Source: Eledone cirrhosa
Lineage: Eukaryota
DNA: 64,000 bases
Direction of reading: 5' to 3'
NCBI GenBank assembly: GCA_964016885.1
Contig: OZ024761.1
Coordinates: 14,260,001 to 14,324,000, forward strand
The notes below the pieces were generated by a model that was not told the origin of the DNA, made no database searches, and worked only from the letters and a program-made list of their open reading frames with translations. A program made the position numbers and the translations under genes. Of this stretch, positions 57,995 through 64,000 are shown piece after piece (position 1 is the stretch's first letter; each line of letters opens with the position of its first letter).

Positions 57995-58142
57995 ATTATT
58001 TCTGAAGACGGCTTATATATGTGTTGGTATGTATATTTAATTTTGATAGTTTGTATAATTTTGTATAATTTTGTACATAGATCTGTTGAATATGCATGCC
58101 AATTCTAACACATATATATCCTAGAAACGATCGTTAAATAAT
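57995..58142 (+). ncRNA. Type I hammerhead ribozyme with ~115-nt stem II
   Basis: ATTATTT CTGAAGA ...ATATATGTGTTGG...CTAACACATATAT... GAAA CGATCG TT AAATAAT. Confidence 0.72.
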
Positions 58143-58199
58143 GAACTTTTTTTGTTTAATATAAGGAACTGTTTCATTGTTTTATTCATTATTTTTTTA

Positions 58200-58238
<39 letters not shown>

Positions 58239-58408
58239 AGTAGACACACACGGGCAGCAGACTGAATTAGTTATACAAGTATACAAAATATATTACGATC
58301 GCTGGATTGCTAAATAGACAGACAGATAGATCGACCGACAGGTAAACAGCGTGAACCTAATAAACTCATATTTGTACTGCCTCTCTGTTTTTGTTCCTGC
58401 CTAAGATT

Positions 58409-58474
<66 letters not shown>

Positions 58475-58652
58475 GTAGGAGGTGAGTTTTATTGTAGTAC
58501 AATAAAGCAATGCAGATATCGGATAAGACGCACTCTACAGTTTGTAGTACTGGAGTATACATAATATATAAGAACAAAAGATGGTTATGATATGTTGATT
58601 TAAAACTGAACTATCCACAAGTGTTTTTTAACCTTCATATCATGTCTTCCTG

Positions 58653-58719
58653 TTTTATCTGATGAAAACACAAATATTATTGCATGATGATATTTGTTTT
58701 TGAAATGCGCATAATAAAA
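58653..58719 (+). ncRNA. Type I hammerhead ribozyme
   Basis: TTTTAT CTGATGA AAACACAAATATTATtgcATGATGATATTTGTTTTT GAAA TGCGCA TA ATAAAA. Confidence 0.85.
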
Positions 58720-58751
58720 TACATGGAACTCTTTTAACCATCTTTTGTTCT

Positions 58752-58805
<54 letters not shown>

Positions 58806-59309
58806 GAGAGAGAGAGATATGTTTCTTTATTAGCCACAGGGGCACAAAAGAAGGGGACAAATACAAAGAGGTGAAGTTTACATACAATAAAAACGTGTAA
58901 AATACTATCACAAATACAAGAGATAGATAGATAGATAAAACAGATATACAAGATGAATATATTTATCTTGGATACGGAACTTACCCTCGGTCTATCTCGA
59001 GACATGATTTTAAATGAAATTCCTTCGCAGAAAAACACACGATCGAGGACAGAATAAATAAAAACTAAATTTATAAATATATATTTATAAATATATATTT
59101 ATAAATATATATATCTAATCGTTCGTTCGTTTGGTCTGTAGCAGGAGTTGCGTCGGACGTCTAACAGTTATTAATATATATATATATATATTATTATTAT
59201 TATTTATACTAACTATAATTATGTGTATGACGATCGTCTTAGTGATGATAGGACGACAATGATAATGACTGACGGTTACTTTGACAGTATTGGCCAACAG
59301 GACCGATAA

Positions 59310-60195
59310 CAATTGTTTCCTCTTTAGGCACAAGGCCAGCAATTATCTCAGTGCATTACTGGCGCTTTATTTTATCGAACCCGTAAAGATGAAAGCTAAG
59401 TTACACCCGGCAAAAATAATTGTTTCTACTTTAGGCACAGGGCCAGTAATTTTGCTGGAGACGGGAAATCGATTAAATCGACATCAGTGGATTACTAGTA
59501 CTTTATTTTAGGAGGAGGGGGGGGGGGGGGGCGATTTAATCGACTTTCCCCTCCACCAAAATTGCTGATCTTGTGTCTATAGTAGAAAACATTATTCAGT
59601 ATCGGTAGAGGGTCGGAGGGTATGCTTTACAGCACAGAGTTATGCCCCTTTACGGCCTGAGTTCAAATCCCGTCGAGGTTAACTTTGCCTTTCATCCTTA
59701 CGGGGTCGATAAAATAAAAGTACCAGTAATGTACTGGGTTATTTGCTGGCGCTGTGCCTAAAAGTAAAAACATTATTATTGGATGTGCAGTATTGCTAGA
59801 GAGTCGGGCGCCATGCTTTGCAACATAGAGTTACGGCCCTTAACGATCTGAGTTCAAATCCGGCCGAGGTTAACTTTGCCTTTCATCCTTACGGGATCGA
59901 TAAAATAAAGTACCAGTAATGTACTGGATTATTGCTGGCCTTGTGCCTAAAGTAGAAACAATTATTATTATCGGTCCTGGTGGCCACTAGGACCGATAAT
60001 AATAATAATTGTTTCTGATTTAGGCACAAGGCCAGTAATTTGAAGGGCAGGGCAAAGTTGATTAAATCGTCCCAGTACGTTACTGGTACTTTATTTTATC
60101 GAACCGATAATAATAATGATTCCTACTTTTAGGCACAAGGGCCAGTAATTTTTTTGGAGGAGGGGAAAGTCGATTAAATCGACCCCAGTGCATAA
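59310..60195. mobile_element. Cluster of tRNA-derived SINE copies and fragments in both orientations
   Basis: B boxes GAGTTCAAATCC near 59659 and 59850; 3' fragments on the minus strand at 59310-59510 and 60005-60192. Confidence 0.8.
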
Positions 60196-61189
60196 GATCT
60201 TCGTTGAGAAAGACGAGACTTCCTAAGGATAAGGAATAAATAAGATTTGGTTGCTCTTTCTAACACCGGGCGACCACAAAGAGAATTTGAGTCATAACTA
60301 TATAAATACATATACACACACACGCAAATATACTTACACACACTCACAAATACATGCACAAACACACAAACACACACATGAAACTGTCGTCTGCCAAGAC
60401 AAACACGAATACTTTTACCGGAATTTCCCGAAGTTTAGGTTATAATTTTACCTTTATTTCGTTATTTTTACCTATCAATGTTTTATTATAAAGTTGTGAA
60501 TGTACTTATGGCGAATACATTGATGTTTCATAGTCATATTTTATTAATTATTGATTTTGTTCGAAATATTTTTACCTGGTAGAGCGCATAAGTGGGGACT
60601 TGGTGTCGTTCTGTAAAAATTGATTCGATTTTGCACACCCGCAAATGGAGAAGAGGTGAGGTGGGAGAGTTTATGTTTGGTCAGTGAGAGAGACAGAATA
60701 GAAATAGTGTTGTGGTAGGAGGGGGGGGGGTCGTTCTGTAGGCTTACAGAATTACTTCCCCCTTGACTGTAAAATTGATCTGATATTGCACACACGCAAT
60801 TTTATTCCAGGAAAGGGAACGGAGTAAAAGTGAGGTGAGGTGTGAGGGACAGAAAGGAGATAGTGTCGTGGTAGGAGGGGATCAGATGTGAAGACACAAT
60901 GAGAGGGAGAGAAAAGCAGAGTAAGAAAGAGGGGAAAACAAAAAGAGAGAGAGTGACTATAGGAGTGAAACAACGACAGAGAGAGGAAGGGGGTGGGGGG
61001 CTGGCAAAACGAGAGAGAAAGACAAGGCTGTGTGAGAGGGGAAGAGAGAGAAAGAGAGAGTGAGACTGTAAGTAAATAAAAGGGAGTTAGTTAAGAGATA
61101 TGTTGTGATTAAATGGAACAAAGCCAGACGACATAATAGGAAATATTAAACACGATATTAGAAAAATATTTGTGTATATAAGACAATAA

Positions 61190-61870
61190 TTTCTTCTTCT
61201 TCTTCAGCGGGTCATGGGTGCTGAGTCCTCAAGCAAGCTTTCCAGAGGGTCCCGTCAGAGGCGACCTTCTCTAACTGATCCGGCTGGATCCCCATGCGAG
61301 ACCAGCCAAACTCATGGATGTTATCCAACCAAGGACCTTGTTTCAGGGGGGTACCAGAGGACAAGTCCCCTCTCCCCACTTTTTCAGACGTCTATATTTT
61401 ATTTTTTGTTTATTTGATATAATAAATTCTTTTTAAGCTTATTTTTTTTTTAATATCTGAACTTCATTTGAATATATAAAATTTAATTAACGTAAAATGT
61501 TATTTATGTGATAGGGTCCGGGAAAATCACCATAAGCACTACTAACATACTCCTTTAAGAATCAACAAATGTTGGTTTTTCCCCCCTCACATTTTTAAGG
61601 CAAATGAAGCCCCTGTATCCAACCACCTGGCTTTTGATTCGTAGAAGTAGAGGCTCTACATAGAGCGACCCCCTGATCTCCAAGCTACACACTTTATCGA
61701 GTAACGTTCCCCCAAAGACCCTTCGGAGGAACAATATTTCGGCCGCTTGTATTCACGATCATATTCTTTCGGTCATTACCCAAGATACATGACCATAGGT
61801 AAGGGTTGGCACGAAATTGAAGAATTGAAGACAGCTAGTTTGGTTTTTACGCTTACCACCCTTCTTCTGA
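61190..61870 (-). mobile_element. RTE (Expander-like) LINE remnant
   Basis: Reverse complement FVPTLTYGHVSWVMTERI*S*IQAAE at ~61737-61815; (GAA)n tail at ~61191-61206; interrupted. Confidence 0.65.
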
Positions 61871-62256
61871 TTACTAAAGATATACACACACAAAAAAAAA
61901 AGAAATTGAGACAGGGGAAGAAAACGTCAGACACTCAATCACAACAAAGTACCCTAAAGTTTCCCTGTCTCTAATACTTTTCGTCGTATTAGTCACCTTT
62001 TTTCTACAACACCGCAAAATTTGTTTTAAGTAAACAACCAGAAATTTATAAATTCCGAAATTTATAAATTTATTATAATAAATTGAAGTGAAAGCCACTG
62101 GTGCGTGTGTTTCTTATTGGCAACATGACCCTCCCAAAGTATAACAATAAAAATTAAAATACGAAACTAAAATGTTATTGTTGTGTGTGTGTGTGTGTGT
62201 GTGTGTTAAAACTGCTAGCTTTGTACGAAGAAGATCGTGTCTGTCCGACCCAAAAC

Positions 62257-62514
62257 ATGCTGGTTGTTGTGTTACGCACCTGCCGGTTGCTCTGCTCTGC
62301 CGATTCACTGTATCTACGTTGTACTTCAAGTCTGCACTGTACACGTATTTACAACAAAAAGAGACAGGACAACAACAACAATAATAACAATGCTAACGAC
62401 GATGATGGTAGTGGGAAAAAGAAAGTTAATTTATATCTGAGTCTTCCCAAAACCAAACTGACCTTAACTCTACGAGATGGAGCGGCAGCTAAAAGAGAGA
62501 AGGTCATACAAGAA
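62257..62514 (+). CDS. IARS2: Mitochondrial isoleucyl-tRNA synthetase, coding exon 1
   Basis: CAAAACATG start; MLVVVLRTCRLLCS... presequence; LSLPKTKLTL...REKVIQE (LPxTxF...E..IQ IleRS N-terminus); GAA|GTAAGG phase-0 donor in frame with exon 2. Confidence 0.8.
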
Positions 62515-63869
62515 GTAAGGACCGTGCATAATATTGATTTACCTTTAAAAATATATATATCGTTTCAGCGATCCTCCGTTAATAGATCCGACGTAAACTG
62601 CCAGGAAGTCTTCATATTTTAATCACCACTGCCTATAGTAAATAATAGGAAAATAAACGATTCTAGATTGCTCTGTATATGTCGAAAGTTTTATAAATAA
62701 CATTACAAATATGTTTTAAATATATACATAAATAACATTACAAATGCATAAATAACCGGTACCTGATTTACGCCTCGGTGTCCTTGACCAGGGTGGCCCA
62801 TATTCCTACCCAAAATATTATTTACGATGAATTTTTCAAATGTTTGGGGCCTCATAACTTAACTAGCACAAGGCCTCATTTGTCCTAAATCCAGCACTGT
62901 AAATAACATTATAAATTGTTCGCAATTCGTTCAGAAGAACATTACAAATATAATGTCGTTGATAGAAACAAATATAAAAACATAAAATAAAGAGAGAGAG
63001 AAAAAAAACAAAGAAATTAAAAGGGGAGGAGGTGGGACCAAAAACTAAAACGGCCCTCAATTCGCGACATAAAATAATCTCTATTGCACGTGATACATGC
63101 AATGTATCGACAGGAATTTGACTTTATTGTATAAAGGAAAATATTTTAAATTAAATTATATTTGGATAAAGCTTAAATAAAATATTTTTTGTGATAGATT
63201 TTAAACCGTTCGTTTTATTTATTATATTACTGTTATAGTTGCTGGCAGTGATATTTTATACGACTTCCAGGTACAAAGGGTTGTTAACATCGCTTCTACT
63301 TTAAACGAAGGATCCCCCAATTATATATGTGTGTGTGTGTGTGGTTTTATGTGGGTTATTATACCTACTAGAACTTTTTCACACTGAATAATTTGCAGTT
63401 GAATTAAGTAAAAACTTAATGTGATGTAGTCACTTTTCAAGAATGTCTTGTTAATCATCATCATCATCATCATCATCAACGTTTAACGTCCGTGTTCCAC
63501 GCTTGCATGGGTTTGGACGGGGGTAGTCCCACTTGAGGCAAGAGTGATTGTCTTGCTCGCATAGGACTGTCTGGCAGGTTTTCTACAGTTGGATGCCCTT
63601 CCTAACACCAACCACATTTACAGTTAATGTGGGTTATTATGCGAAATGGTTATAGTATATTTACTAGTGGACAGATTATTGAGAAAATTTGCAGTATTAG
63701 TATTAGAGTAAACACTTTAGTTTTTAATGCAATGCAATCATAGTGTTGTTTAGTAGTTTTCAAGAATATCTTGGCTTCATGTAATACATGATGTTTACAG
63801 TTAACCATACCAGCATCCGTTTGTTTAATTTTTAAATTAATTAATTAATTTTTTTTTTGATTTTGTCAG

Positions 63870-63992
63870 AAAAATAGTTTTTCTACACTTTATGAATGGC
63901 AAAGAAAACAAACTGAAAGAGCTGAGTTTGTCCTCCATGATGGACCTCCATATGCGAATGGATCGTTACATGTAGGACATGCTGTCAACAAA
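63870..63992 (+). CDS. IARS2: Mitochondrial isoleucyl-tRNA synthetase, coding exon 2 (gene continues beyond window)
   Basis: TTTTGTCAG acceptor; [41 protein letters not shown] ([10 protein letters not shown] + HIGH motif of bacterial/mitochondrial-type IleRS); AAA|GTAAGT donor. Confidence 0.96.
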
Positions 63993-64000
63993 GTAAGTGG

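Overview
Eukaryotic, AT-rich, very repeat-dense animal DNA. The tRNA-derived SINEs, RTE LINEs with (GAT)n tails and long (TA)n arrays suggest a cephalopod (Octopus-like) genome (inference). Nearly all long ORFs in the supplied track are microsatellite or satellite artefacts. Two real genes are visible: a single-exon EMRE/SMDT1 CDS (13812-14072, +) and the first two coding exons of mitochondrial isoleucyl-tRNA synthetase IARS2 (62257-62514, 63870-63992, +). Mobile DNA includes a rearranged Penelope-like element (RT + GIY-YIG, probably Naiad-type), RTE, CR1-like, CRE-like, Helitron and Tc1/mariner fragments, hAT, piggyBac-type and TA-flanked MITEs, SINE arrays and several satellites. The most striking signal is RNA structure. 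About 18 type I hammerhead ribozyme motifs from several divergent Penelope-type repeat families are present, including non-canonical cores (U3-A8, A4, C4). They often lie in inverted-repeat or tandem arrangements inside (TA)n. Downstream of the ribozyme, unrelated families share a covarying bulged hairpin (RCUC-stem-loop-stem-UU-GAGY) that I do not recognise as a described motif. All structures were folded by eye and none is experimentally tested.
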